Positions 49,610 through 59,136 of a stretch of DNA of 64,000 nt are shown one piece after another. Both the position numbers and the translations under genes were made by a program. How positions within the stretch are numbered: position 1 is the first letter of the stretch; each line of letters begins with the position of its first letter. Source of the stretch: Candidatus Limnocylindrales bacterium (GTDB lineage Bacteria > Moduliflexota > Moduliflexia > Moduliflexales > JAUQPW01); contig DATMBG010000017.1 of assembly GCA_035559535.1 (NCBI GenBank), forward strand, positions 1 to 64,000. Direction: 5' to 3'. The notes under the pieces were generated by a model. That model was not told where the DNA came from. It saw only the letters and a program-made list of their open reading frames with translations, and ran no database searches.

Positions 49610-50035
49610 ATGATTCAAATTACACCCTCTCTGGCCATTGATGAGAGCGAGATTCAGGAGGATTTCATCCGTACCTCCGGTCCAGGCGGACAGAACGTCA
49701 ATAAAGTTGCTACCGGTGTGCAACTTCGCTTCGATGTGGTTAACTCCCCTTCTTTACCGGAAGATGTCCGTAAGCGTTTAATTCATCTGGCCGGTCGACG
49801 GATCACCAAAGAGGGGATATTGAGGATCGACGCCCGGCGATTTCGTACGCAAGAACAAAATCGTCGGGATGCTCTGGATCGATTGATAGAATTAATCCGC
49901 AAAGCTTCCGAAGAGCCTAAGCCCCGTCGTAAAACGAAACCATCTCCGGCTTCAAAAGAACATCGGCTAAAGACCAAACGCCATCGAAGTGAGACCAAAC
50001 GCAGACGGAGGTCGGTTTCACCCTCGGAAGATTAA
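49610..50035 (+). CDS. arfB: Alternative ribosome rescue factor ArfB
   Basis: RTSGPGGQNVNKVAT, RTQEQNR, basic C-terminal tail. Confidence 0.95.
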   Translation: MIQITPSLAIDESEIQEDFIRTSGPGGQNVNKVATGVQLRFDVVNSPSLPEDVRKRLIHLAGRRITKEGILRIDARRFRTQEQNRRDALDRLIELIRKASEEPKPRRKTKPSPASKEHRLKTKRHRSETKRRRRSVSPSED

Positions 50036-50038
50036 TCT

Positions 50039-51352
50039 ATGCTCCAACTCAAACGAGAACTGGGAATTTGGGGGGCCATCCTCATGGGTCTGGGTTCCAT
50101 GGTTGGGACGGGAGTATTCGTGAGTATTGGTATTGCGGCAGGAATTGCCGGCCCATCGGTAATTCTGGCGGTCATATTGGCCGCAGGGGTAGCCCTCTGT
50201 AATGGATTGAGTAGTGCCCAGCTTGCTGCCAGCCATCCGGTCAGCGGAGGTACCTATGAATATGGCTATAAATACCTTACTCCCTGGTTGGGCTTTACAG
50301 CAGGTTGGATGTTTTTACTGGCTAAATCTACCTCTGCGGCAACCGCAGCTTTGGGTTTTGCCGGTTACTTGCTAAACTTTCTGGGTGTTTCGCGAGAATT
50401 TTTAATCCCCAGCGCTCTGATGGCCGTAATTCTCTTTGTTGGGATCGTCCTGGGTGGCATTCAACGCTCCCATCTTGCCAACCTCTTCATCGTGACAACG
50501 ACCCTCTTTTCTCTGGTTTTCTTTGTAATGGTCGGTCTACCCCTGGTCATCTCCGGCGGTTTTATGAATCTTACCCCTTTCTTCAAAACCTCTGGAGAAG
50601 GAAGTGGCCCCCTGGCCGCGCTATTCCATGCTACTGCCTTGATGTTTGTTGCCTATACAGGGTATGGACGGATTGCCACATTAGGTGAGGAGGTTCACAA
50701 CCCCATCCATACAATTCCCAGAGCCATTATAGCCACTATGCTGATCACCATGGGGCTATACACCGCAGTGGCACTGGTGGGTGTTGGCACCGTAGGAGCC
50801 GAAAAATTGAGTGTGGCGGCCAACACCCAGGTAGCGCCCCTGGCAGTTGCTGCACGGCAATTCAAAGTACCTTTCAGCTCTCAGATTCTGGCCATTGGAG
50901 CTATGACGGCGATGCTGGGTGTCCTCCTCAATCTCATCCTGGGTCTGTCCCGTGTACTTCTGGCTATGGGTCGTCGCCGGGACATGCCCACCTCACTGGC
51001 ACGCCTTAATAAAGCCCAAACAACACCCTACTGGGCCGTATTGGTGGTTGGCTTTGTCATTGCAGGACTGGTGCTTATCGGTAACGTCAAAACAACCTGG
51101 TCGTTCAGCGCCTTTACAGTTCTGATTTACTATGCCCTTACCAATTTAGCCGCCCTACGCCTTTCAGCAGAGCAAAGACTTTATCCACCCTGGATATCAG
51201 GCTTAGGTCTGATAGCCTGTCTTTTTTTGGCCTTCTGGGTGGAACGACAAACCTGGCTCGTCGGACTGGGGCTGATTTTCGGTGGTCTCCTCTGGCATGC
51301 TCTGGCCAGATGGATAATCCCCTTTCCCCGGCAAACCATTAGCACGGACTGA
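50039..51352 (+). CDS. APC-family amino acid permease
   Basis: LKRELG, GSMVGTGVF, SGGTYEY, FVAYTGY, LGEEV. Confidence 0.9.
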   Translation: MLQLKRELGIWGAILMGLGSMVGTGVFVSIGIAAGIAGPSVILAVILAAGVALCNGLSSAQLAASHPVSGGTYEYGYKYLTPWLGFTAGWMFLLAKSTSAATAALGFAGYLLNFLGVSREFLIPSALMAVILFVGIVLGGIQRSHLANLFIVTTTLFSLVFFVMVGLPLVISGGFMNLTPFFKTSGEGSGPLAALFHATALMFVAYTGYGRIATLGEEVHNPIHTIPRAIIATMLITMGLYTAVALVGVGTVGAEKLSVAANTQVAPLAVAARQFKVPFSSQILAIGAMTAMLGVLLNLILGLSRVLLAMGRRRDMPTSLARLNKAQTTPYWAVLVVGFVIAGLVLIGNVKTTWSFSAFTVLIYYALTNLAALRLSAEQRLYPPWISGLGLIACLFLAFWVERQTWLVGLGLIFGGLLWHALARWIIPFPRQTISTD

Positions 51353-51629
51353 AACGATCTGAATGCCCCAGATCTTTACCCGGGGCAACACGATCACGAA
51401 TCCGTTGTTTCAGTTCTTTTAGGTCGGGAAAGCGTCCCTGATCTTTACGTGACCAGACGGTTTCCCCGTCCACCCGTACCTCGAAAATACCCCCGGTCCC
51501 CGGAATCAAGGCAACCTCTCCCAATTCTGTCTCAAACGTCGTCAGGAGTTCTTGAGCCATCCAGGCCGCACGTAGGAGCCAGCGGCACCGGGTACAGTAT
51601 TCAATCTCTATGCGGGGTCGATTTTTCAT
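51339..51629 (-). CDS. SelT/SelW/SelH (Rdx) family protein
   Basis: IEYCTRCRWLLRAAWMAQELL, GGIFEV, FPDLKELKQ. Confidence 0.92.
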   Translation of the reverse strand: MKNRPRIEIEYCTRCRWLLRAAWMAQELLTTFETELGEVALIPGTGGIFEVRVDGETVWSRKDQGRFPDLKELKQRIRDRVAPGKDLGHSDRFSPC

Positions 51630-51672
51630 GACTCGATTATCGGACCTGGGATCTAGACACCCCCTTGCCCCC

Positions 51673-51795
51673 CTATGCGTCAGGTTAAGCTGAAAAGCCC
51701 CATTAGGGGATTCGGAAATTCAGAATTTCTTCAAGCTTTGTAGCTGTTAAACAGGTCGCCCCGCCGAGGCTAACCCTCTTATCCTGGCACGTAGA
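51673..51795. mobile_element. MITE/REPIN-like element, family B (short copy)
   Basis: Ends ctatgcgtcaggttaag / cttatcctggcacgtag; flanks ccccttgccccc / ccccttgcctcc. Confidence 0.7.
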
Positions 51796-52107
51796 CCCCT
51801 TGCCTCCTCCAGGGGGATTTAGAAAGTTGCTCACCCCATTCCCCCCTGGAGGGAATCTTTCAAGGGAATCTTTTTTACTAACCTGGCCCTCTTCCTGCAT
51901 CGGGAAAGGGGAACTCGGGGATTGCCTAGGTCTCAATGCTCCCTCTTCCCTGGAAGGGAAGAGGAGTCAAAAGGGTTATCGTATAATGAGATCCAATCTA
52001 ATGGAGGCCATACTTAAAAACATAAAAAATCTTCCACTAATCCTTGACACAGGCGAATAGAACCTATTATGTAATAGTAGAGTCTGTTTTTACCGAAGTT
52101 TAAAGAA

Positions 52108-53742
52108 TTGCGGCGATTTTCTTTAAAATCTCTTACAACTTCCAGGTTTACAACCTTTCGAGATCTTCCTCATCGATCCGATAGAAGATTTATATCCTTA
52201 TCCCGGAGTCTGAAGGACAAATATCGAACAAGCAGACACCTACAGGTCATTCTGATATTAGTTTTTATTTTTGTTAATCTTATTCTGTATATCAACCGGG
52301 TTCCTTTATTCCACGAAGAGCCAAGAAGGGCTATCATTGCCCAGGAAATGATCCTAACCGGAGACTATATCATTCCAAAAGTTTATCAAGAATTTTATCA
52401 TAAAAAACCTCCTCTACATAACTGGCTAATGGTGGCTGTTTCCATCAGAGATGGGATTGTTTCAAATTTTAATGCCCGGATAGTCTCTGTGGCTTCTCTA
52501 CTGTTGGTGGGTATAACCGTTTACCTCCTTTTGTTACGAATTTCCGTTGATATGGCCTTTGTTGCTTTTGTTGTGTCGGTGACCAATTATTCAATGTTAT
52601 ATGAGTATGGAAACAAAGCAGAGCCTGAAATCCTGCAAGTTTTGTTCACCTGGCTGGCCTATTTTTTCTATATTAAAAATCCTGCTGATATAAGATATAT
52701 TATGATCTCTTCGGTATGTATGGGGTTGGGAATTCTAACCAAGGGGGTATCACCCTTATTTTTCTATCCCGGCCTGATCCTTCACGCTCTATTGAATCCG
52801 GAGATCAGGATTAAAAGATTAAAGTCTTTATTTTTTCATTTGCTGTTCTCGTCAATACTTCCATTAACCTGGGTCGTATTATATTATTTTCGCACCGATA
52901 GCCATAGCTTTATAAATGGATTTTTATTCGAGGTGGGAGGGAGAGCAAAGGGAAATTTTAAGAAATTTTTATCTTATCTGCTGATTTATCCCTGGGAGGT
53001 TTTGGCAGCTTTACTACCCTGGTCCTTGGTTCTATTTTTTACCTTCAAAAAGGAGAAAATCAAAAACGAGGTTTACGAATCCAGTTTCCTGATCTTTGCC
53101 AGTTCGTTTTTAATTTTCATGATAATTGCCGGTAGTAGAAGCAGGCATCTGATGCCGGCATTTCCGTTTTTTGCTGTCGTAGCCGCCTTTCATATAAACC
53201 CTCCTAAGCCCTTAAACCAAACATTTAGTCGACTGTCTTTTTGGATTTTCTCAGGAGTGTGTTTATCGGCAGGAATTTACTTTTTGAGAGGGAGTTTTTA
53301 TGTTAATGGGGTTGTCTTTTTTCTATTAGCCATTATCTCCAGTTTAATATCCCGAAGACAGTACCGGATTCTGGATTACATTCTTATCCTTTCCCTCCTT
53401 TACCTGGTCGCTTATGAAAATGGGATTTATTTTCATAGGATAGAAACGCGTCCAGATTATAAAGATACGGCGGGTCTTCTTGTTAAAGACCTTGATAAAA
53501 ACAAACCTATAGTGATTGATAACGAGGTAGTCCATATGCGCCTGGCTTTAGATATTGAAAGAACCATCAGAAAGCCGATTTATTCCAGGCGTAGTGCAAA
53601 TTTTGGTGACTATTATCTGATAGCAGGGCCTCAGTCCTTGAATCCTTATTGTAGAGAGCTATCCCGGATAAATTATCCGAAAGAGATCTTACAAATAGTT
53701 TCGGTTTCTGTAGCCCATTGTAACAAAAAAAATATTCCATAA
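52108..53742 (+). CDS. ArnT/PMT-like GT-C membrane glycosyltransferase
   Basis: EEPRRAIIAQEM..GDYIIP, KPPLHNWL, LTKG, LLPWS, many TM helices; start uncertain. Confidence 0.85.
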   Translation: MRRFSLKSLTTSRFTTFRDLPHRSDRRFISLSRSLKDKYRTSRHLQVILILVFIFVNLILYINRVPLFHEEPRRAIIAQEMILTGDYIIPKVYQEFYHKKPPLHNWLMVAVSIRDGIVSNFNARIVSVASLLLVGITVYLLLLRISVDMAFVAFVVSVTNYSMLYEYGNKAEPEILQVLFTWLAYFFYIKNPADIRYIMISSVCMGLGILTKGVSPLFFYPGLILHALLNPEIRIKRLKSLFFHLLFSSILPLTWVVLYYFRTDSHSFINGFLFEVGGRAKGNFKKFLSYLLIYPWEVLAALLPWSLVLFFTFKKEKIKNEVYESSFLIFASSFLIFMIIAGSRSRHLMPAFPFFAVVAAFHINPPKPLNQTFSRLSFWIFSGVCLSAGIYFLRGSFYVNGVVFFLLAIISSLISRRQYRILDYILILSLLYLVAYENGIYFHRIETRPDYKDTAGLLVKDLDKNKPIVIDNEVVHMRLALDIERTIRKPIYSRRSANFGDYYLIAGPQSLNPYCRELSRINYPKEILQIVSVSVAHCNKKNIP

Positions 53743-53894
53743 GATGGGTCTTGCTTCACCTTGCCGGGTAAAATTTGAAGTGGATATTCCGACCCTTTTA
53801 GTTGCAAAGAGGGGGCTATTACTATAACTTACAGGTAGTGTCTAAAACTACCCGGGATAGTCAATTTAATTGAGAATGTCTTATTCAAAATTAG

Positions 53895-54803
53895 ATGGAA
53901 AAAGGTAACAGGATGAAAGGATCCTGGTGGAAGGGAAAAATGCGTTTCAACGCAATAACTGAAGTTCTAAGAAGGGGGATTCCTGGAAGGGAAAAAATCG
54001 TTGGATACTTTCTCTATCCCATGATGTTTCTTAGTTTTATCGTGGGACTTATTTTTTCACAGGACGGGCTTTTTGCCTCTCCAACGTCCTCAACTCCTGG
54101 GGAATTTACAAACAGTATTGGCATGGAGTTTGTGTTAATTCCAGCAGGTAGTTTTTTAATGGGTGCCGATAAGAGTCGAGAAGAGGAAGCAACACGGGAA
54201 GAAATGCCTCAGCACAGGGTAACGATCAGTAAGGCATTTTACATGGGCAAATATGAGGTCACTCAGGAGCAATGGGTTGCCGTCATGGGAAAGAATCCGA
54301 GTAGATTTGAAAATCCTAAAAATCCGGTGGAGAGCGTTTCCTGGCCCGATGTTCAGGAGTTTATCGACCGGCTGAATGCCCGGGAAGGTGGAAAGCACTA
54401 TCGCCTGCCGACAGAAGCGGAGTGGGAGTATGCCGTGCGAGCGGGAACTACAACCAAGTATTTTTTTGGGGATGATAAAGAGCTGTTAGCCCAGTATGGC
54501 TGGTATGCGAAAAACTCTGGAAATCGAACCCATCCGGTGGGTCAGCTCAAACCTAATCCCTGGGGTCTTTACGATGTATATGGGAACGTATGGGAATGGT
54601 TACAGGACCTGTATGATGAGAATTATTATCAATACAGTCCGGATATAGATCCACCGGGACCGTCTGAAGGTATAAATCGGGCGGTTCGTGGGGGTGGTTG
54701 GAACGTTATCGCACGGTTCTGTCGATCCGCAAACCGGGATTGGTATGCTCCGGATAATCGTCTTGGTCGACTGGGTTTTCGTTTAGTGCGGACGATGGAG
54801 TAA
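53895..54803 (+). CDS. FGE-sulfatase (SUMF1) domain protein
   Basis: NSIGMEFVLIPAGSFLMG, EVT, RLPTEAEWEYA, GNVWEW, RGG, GFR; start uncertain. Confidence 0.9.
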   Translation: MEKGNRMKGSWWKGKMRFNAITEVLRRGIPGREKIVGYFLYPMMFLSFIVGLIFSQDGLFASPTSSTPGEFTNSIGMEFVLIPAGSFLMGADKSREEEATREEMPQHRVTISKAFYMGKYEVTQEQWVAVMGKNPSRFENPKNPVESVSWPDVQEFIDRLNAREGGKHYRLPTEAEWEYAVRAGTTTKYFFGDDKELLAQYGWYAKNSGNRTHPVGQLKPNPWGLYDVYGNVWEWLQDLYDENYYQYSPDIDPPGPSEGINRAVRGGGWNVIARFCRSANRDWYAPDNRLGRLGFRLVRTME

Positions 54804-54856
54804 TTCGGGTTCTTTGATCCTGTCCAACGTAACCTGATTCGAGAGGAATTAGACCT

Positions 54857-56032
54857 GTGCCAAAAATCCTAAGCTTATTTCTTGTCTTGTTCCTGGTTCT
54901 CCACACTATGTCGGTTCAGGGCAAACCCCGGGCCCGGGATCTGGGGATTCCGTTTGAAGGAACGCCAGGACCGTTCAATGCTATTACCGATGTGAAAGGG
55001 GTAGAGGTTGGACATACGACTCTCATCTTCGGTCATGGAAAACTCCAGGTGGGAGTTGGGCCTGTTCGAACAGGGGTTACTGCCATATTGCCCAGGGGCA
55101 AAAAATCCAAAGATCCGGCCTTTGCAGGCTGGTTCTCGCTGAACGGTAATGGAGAGATGACGGGAACTACCTGGGTGGAGGAATCCGGCTTTTTAGAGGG
55201 TCCGGTTATGCTCACCAATACCCATAGTGTGGGAGTCGTTCGAGATGCTGTTATAGCATGGCAGATAAAGAATGGTCTGCTGTTTCAACCCTTTTCTTAT
55301 CCGGTGGTAGCTGAAACCTATGATGGTTTTTTAAATGATATTAACGGATTTCACATTCGGAGGGAGCATGTATGGGCAGCTCTGGAAAATTCCAGATCGG
55401 GAGAGGTCTTGGAGGGGAATGTCGGCGGAGGTACCGGAATGATTTGCTACGGGTTCAAAGGGGGTATTGGGACAGCCTCGAGAAAACTTAGCGAACAATC
55501 CGGTACTTACACATTAGGTGTGCTGGTACAGGCCAATTTTGGTCGCAGGGATCAACTTCGAATTGCAGGAGTTCCGGTCGGTCTTGAGATTAACGAAGAT
55601 CCACCTTATGCTCCCAAGGAAGCTCATCTGATTCCTGAAATCGACGGTTCCATCATTGTGGTTGTTGCAACAGACGCACCTCTATTACCCCATCAATTGA
55701 AACGGATTGCTCGACGGGTATCTCTGGGCATTGCGCGAACTGGAGGGGTAGCTCTGAATAGCTCGGGGGATCTTTTTATCGCCTTTTCAACGGCAAATCC
55801 TGGAATTGCTGGCTCTGAAGGGGTTGCACCCTTAAGGATGCTTCCAAACCAACAACTGAATCCTTTCTTTGAAGCAACGGTGCAGGCAACCGAAGAAGCA
55901 ATTATCAATGCCTTAATTGCTGCAGAAACCATGGTAGGAGTTGACGATCATAAAGTAATCGCTATTCCCCAGGATCGTCTGAGAGAAGTAATGGGAAAAT
56001 ATAATCGTTTAAAGGAACCGAACCAAGAATAG
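54857..56032 (+). CDS. DmpA/BapA-family (P1) aminopeptidase, exported
   Basis: RARDLGI, NAITDV.GVEVGH, NGNGEMTG, G-S autocleavage site DGSIIVVVATDAP. Confidence 0.93.
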   Translation: MPKILSLFLVLFLVLHTMSVQGKPRARDLGIPFEGTPGPFNAITDVKGVEVGHTTLIFGHGKLQVGVGPVRTGVTAILPRGKKSKDPAFAGWFSLNGNGEMTGTTWVEESGFLEGPVMLTNTHSVGVVRDAVIAWQIKNGLLFQPFSYPVVAETYDGFLNDINGFHIRREHVWAALENSRSGEVLEGNVGGGTGMICYGFKGGIGTASRKLSEQSGTYTLGVLVQANFGRRDQLRIAGVPVGLEINEDPPYAPKEAHLIPEIDGSIIVVVATDAPLLPHQLKRIARRVSLGIARTGGVALNSSGDLFIAFSTANPGIAGSEGVAPLRMLPNQQLNPFFEATVQATEEAIINALIAAETMVGVDDHKVIAIPQDRLREVMGKYNRLKEPNQE

Positions 56033-56048
56033 ATTCTTGGTTCGATAG

Positions 56049-56549
56049 TCTGAAGGGAAAGAAGTTGGTACCTCACCGGAGCAAACCCTTCAAATCTTCA
56101 GTGAAACCCTCAGTCAACGTCCACCGATCGTTGCTCCGATAACCCTGGAACCCGGTGAAGCCCTTTTCTGGTCCTGGCGAACCCATACGGATCCCTTTTG
56201 GTTTCGTAGTGTTCTACCCCGTGTAGAACGTCGCCGCCATATTCGTAAATACGCAGAGGGAGAGCTTGGCCCGGATAAAAGCTTTTACTTCCGAGGCCCT
56301 GGGGGAAAACTTAATTTACGCGCCCAAAATCTCGTGCTTTTCATCCAACTGGCAGAAAGAGTCGATGATACCACTTGGCTCTACCATCTCCAAAGAGGAG
56401 ATTATTCCCGCTGGTTCCGGGAGGCAATCAAAGACGAAGATCTTGCAACCGAAGTTAGCCACATCGAGGAACAAACCAACCTTTCTCCTCAGGAAAGTCG
56501 TCATCTGATCAAAGCAGCTATTGAGAAACGCTATACGACCCCCGCCTGA
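56049..56549 (+). pseudogene. 5'-truncated fragment, probably the C-terminus of a multidomain HAD-IIB (Cof-like) hydrolase
   Basis: Frame open from 56049 with no start codon until 56334: LEPGEALFW...RRHIRKYAEGELGPDKSFYFRGP..LNLRAQNL..FIQLA..VDD.TW.YHL..GDYSRWF. Confidence 0.7.
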
Positions 56550-56662
56550 TCTCATCCAAAATCTTTCCCTTCCTTTCCAATTAACTCCAACGGTTTTGGA
56601 ATGGTTATAGACTTTCCTTCTTTAACAAAGAATTTAAATCCTAAACCATCATCCAATTTTCT

Positions 56663-56691
56663 TTGACACTTTGGAAGATACCTGCTAAGGT
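56663..56691 (+). promoter_or_regulatory. Candidate sigma70 promoter
   Basis: TTGACA-17 bp-TAAGGT with an extended TGn. Confidence 0.5.
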
Positions 56692-57136
56692 CAGATTAAT
56701 ATCCTGATGCCCATTCGTTATGAAAAGATTACCTGCTTGCGTAAGGGTGATCCTTGTAATTACCCCTGAATAGGGTAGCCAGAAGTAGAGCTACCCTCAG
56801 GGTTTATACGGTGTTTCAATGGGAAAATGGTATCATTCCATATAAAAATGTTGCTGGATGTTTAGGAACAACCTGTGGAGTCGCCCTTAGAGAAAGTAGC
56901 TATTAGATAGCGTAGCAACTGGAAGTTGTCCCTACCACTCTACAACATTTCAAGTAGAAATAGGATTAGCCTGCCTCTTTGAAAAATCCCGTTGAGGAGT
57001 TAACTCATCCCCTACTGCCGTGTTTCTAATTTTAGAAGATAAAAAACCTGAAGGATATTCAGGATAATTCAAAACCTCGAATAAATCCAATCTTGTCGTA
57101 GGTTAAACAACCTATAGACCTAAAGAAGGAGGACCT

Positions 57137-59047
57137 ATGAAATACTTTTTTATGCTATGGGCGCAAAAGCCCCGCTTACGAAGTTTACTGGTTTCCACCC
57201 TGGGGATGGTCCTGGTAGGGCTGCTTCTATCCCCGTATGGCTGGGCCGAAAATCCAACAGGTTATATTCCCTCTTTTAAGGCCCGGGTGACGGCCTTATG
57301 GTTTTTTGAAAGTGGGGCCACCGCACCACCTCTCAAAGAAAGGAACTATGATATTCGTTTTGGAGATTCAGAGGCACGATTCATTTTTTGGGAGCTGAAT
57401 CTTGAACATCCAGCCCCGGGTCGTCAGGTTAACCTTGCCATCGAGGCTTTCTGGTACCGTCCCGATGGAAGTCTTCTTAGAAAACAGGTTCTAAAGACTT
57501 CTATAGAACCCAATTGGACCTGGTCTTATCAAACCTTTGGTTATGGCTGGGATGAGCCGGGACATTGGGAAGCCGGTTCTTATCATGTAGATTTGTATGT
57601 GGAAGGGAATATGATCGCCAGGGGTTCGTTCAAAATATCTAAGACAAAAGATTTCGGCTTCCTGGACAATATCAGTAAAAAAATGTTCGATGAAGATACC
57701 AGTAAAAAAATGCTTGATACCTCAACACCCACGAATCTTATCCCATCTATTAAAGCCAAAGTAACTTCTTTAAAATTTTTTGAGAGCGGTTATGATATGA
57801 CTCCCCATAAGGAGAGAGTTTATAGGGATCGTTTTGCAAAGTCAGATACCAGGTACATTTTTTGGGAACTTAATCTTGAACATCCGGCTCCGGGTCGCTG
57901 GGTTAATTTGCCCCTTGAAGTTTTCTGGTACCGTATGGATACTAATCCTATTACGCTCGTTAAACGGCAGGTTCATCAAACCTCCCTCCAGTCTGACTGG
58001 ACCTGGTCTTATCATAATAACGGTTATGGTTGGGATGAGCCTGATCGCTGGGAGGCCGGCTCTTATCAGGTGGATATATTTGTTGAGGAAACGAAAGTTG
58101 CAAGTGGTACCTTTGAAATTTATGGGGCAGGTCCCTCCACCGGAAAGGTTACAGACAAGACCCCAGAACCTGAAAGCCCGGCAACTTATATTCCTTCCCT
58201 TCGGGCTACAGTAAATTCGTTGCAGTTCTTCGAGAGTGGTAAAGAAGTACCTCCCTATGGGCAAAGGGCTTATGAACATCGCTTTGCCAAATCAAAGGCC
58301 CGACTCATTAATTGGGAATTACTCCTGGATTGGGAACCTACGCCTCCTACTCAGAAACCTGTAACGGACTTTACCATTAAATCTATCTGGTATCGTCCAG
58401 ATGGCAGTGTTCTTACAAGACAACCAAAAGAAGCGCATCGAGATGCCGACTGGACCCAATCTTACCATCTCCTAGGTTATGGTTGGGAGAATCCTGGGAA
58501 CTGGGAGCCTGGCTCTTATCGGGTAGACTTATATATCGAGGGGAAGAAGGTAGCCGGTGGCTCATTTGAAATTTATGAGGATTATTCGGCTCCGACTCAT
58601 TCGGATCTTGGGGAGGAAGCTAAGAAGGCAAAGGAAAAAAATGAATCCAAAATTACGTGGTTCAGAGATCTCAATAAAGCCCTGGAAGCTGTTTTTCTTC
58701 TGGAAAAACCTCTTGTGATTATGTTCTCGGGGGGAATGAATGTGGATGGAATTATCTATGATGATAAAATGGTTGCTCTGGCCGATAAAGCGGTATTTCT
58801 CGTTGTGGATTCTGGAACGGTGACGGGTACGAAGAACACGCAAGCAGAAAGGATTGAAAAGCTCTTTGGAGTCCAGGGAACATATCCCCAGGTTCTCCTG
58901 GCAAGGGTCTACTTCGACAAAGGGCCAGATACCTCCCTAAAGTGGCAAGAAAAGCCGGGAGATGATCCGGTATGGTTCAAAGTGTTAGGATACTCAAAGG
59001 AACAGGGCGGCTATCTCGAAAAAATCGTATCGTGGCTGGGTAAGTAA
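57137..59047 (+). CDS. Secreted protein with three ~125-aa beta-rich repeats and a C-terminal thioredoxin-like domain
   Basis: Signal peptide; 3x IPS..A.V..L.FFESG...WEL...WYR.D...GYGW..P..WE.GSY.VD..VE.......G.F.I; strong RBS. Confidence 0.85.
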   Translation: MKYFFMLWAQKPRLRSLLVSTLGMVLVGLLLSPYGWAENPTGYIPSFKARVTALWFFESGATAPPLKERNYDIRFGDSEARFIFWELNLEHPAPGRQVNLAIEAFWYRPDGSLLRKQVLKTSIEPNWTWSYQTFGYGWDEPGHWEAGSYHVDLYVEGNMIARGSFKISKTKDFGFLDNISKKMFDEDTSKKMLDTSTPTNLIPSIKAKVTSLKFFESGYDMTPHKERVYRDRFAKSDTRYIFWELNLEHPAPGRWVNLPLEVFWYRMDTNPITLVKRQVHQTSLQSDWTWSYHNNGYGWDEPDRWEAGSYQVDIFVEETKVASGTFEIYGAGPSTGKVTDKTPEPESPATYIPSLRATVNSLQFFESGKEVPPYGQRAYEHRFAKSKARLINWELLLDWEPTPPTQKPVTDFTIKSIWYRPDGSVLTRQPKEAHRDADWTQSYHLLGYGWENPGNWEPGSYRVDLYIEGKKVAGGSFEIYEDYSAPTHSDLGEEAKKAKEKNESKITWFRDLNKALEAVFLLEKPLVIMFSGGMNVDGIIYDDKMVALADKAVFLVVDSGTVTGTKNTQAERIEKLFGVQGTYPQVLLARVYFDKGPDTSLKWQEKPGDDPVWFKVLGYSKEQGGYLEKIVSWLGK

Positions 59048-59056
59048 TAGTAAAAA

Positions 59057-59095
59057 CCCAAAGTAGGGCGAAATGATGTCTCGCCCTACTTTGGG
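59057..59095. terminator. GTAG-type REP-like hairpin between convergent genes
   Basis: cccaaagtagggcga-aatgatgtc-tcgccctactttggg. Confidence 0.65.
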
Positions 59096-59136
59096 CAGGT
59101 TTAAGAAAGGGGGGGTTTTGAAAGAGTTTCTTGGCA

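Noticed and set aside
51339-51629. Selenoprotein
   Set aside because: The motif is CTRC with two Cys codons and no in-frame TGA.
57155-57180. GGGCGCAAAAGCC resembling part of a c-di-GMP-I riboswitch
   Set aside because: It lies inside the CDS and lacks the upstream GCAAAC/GAAA stem.
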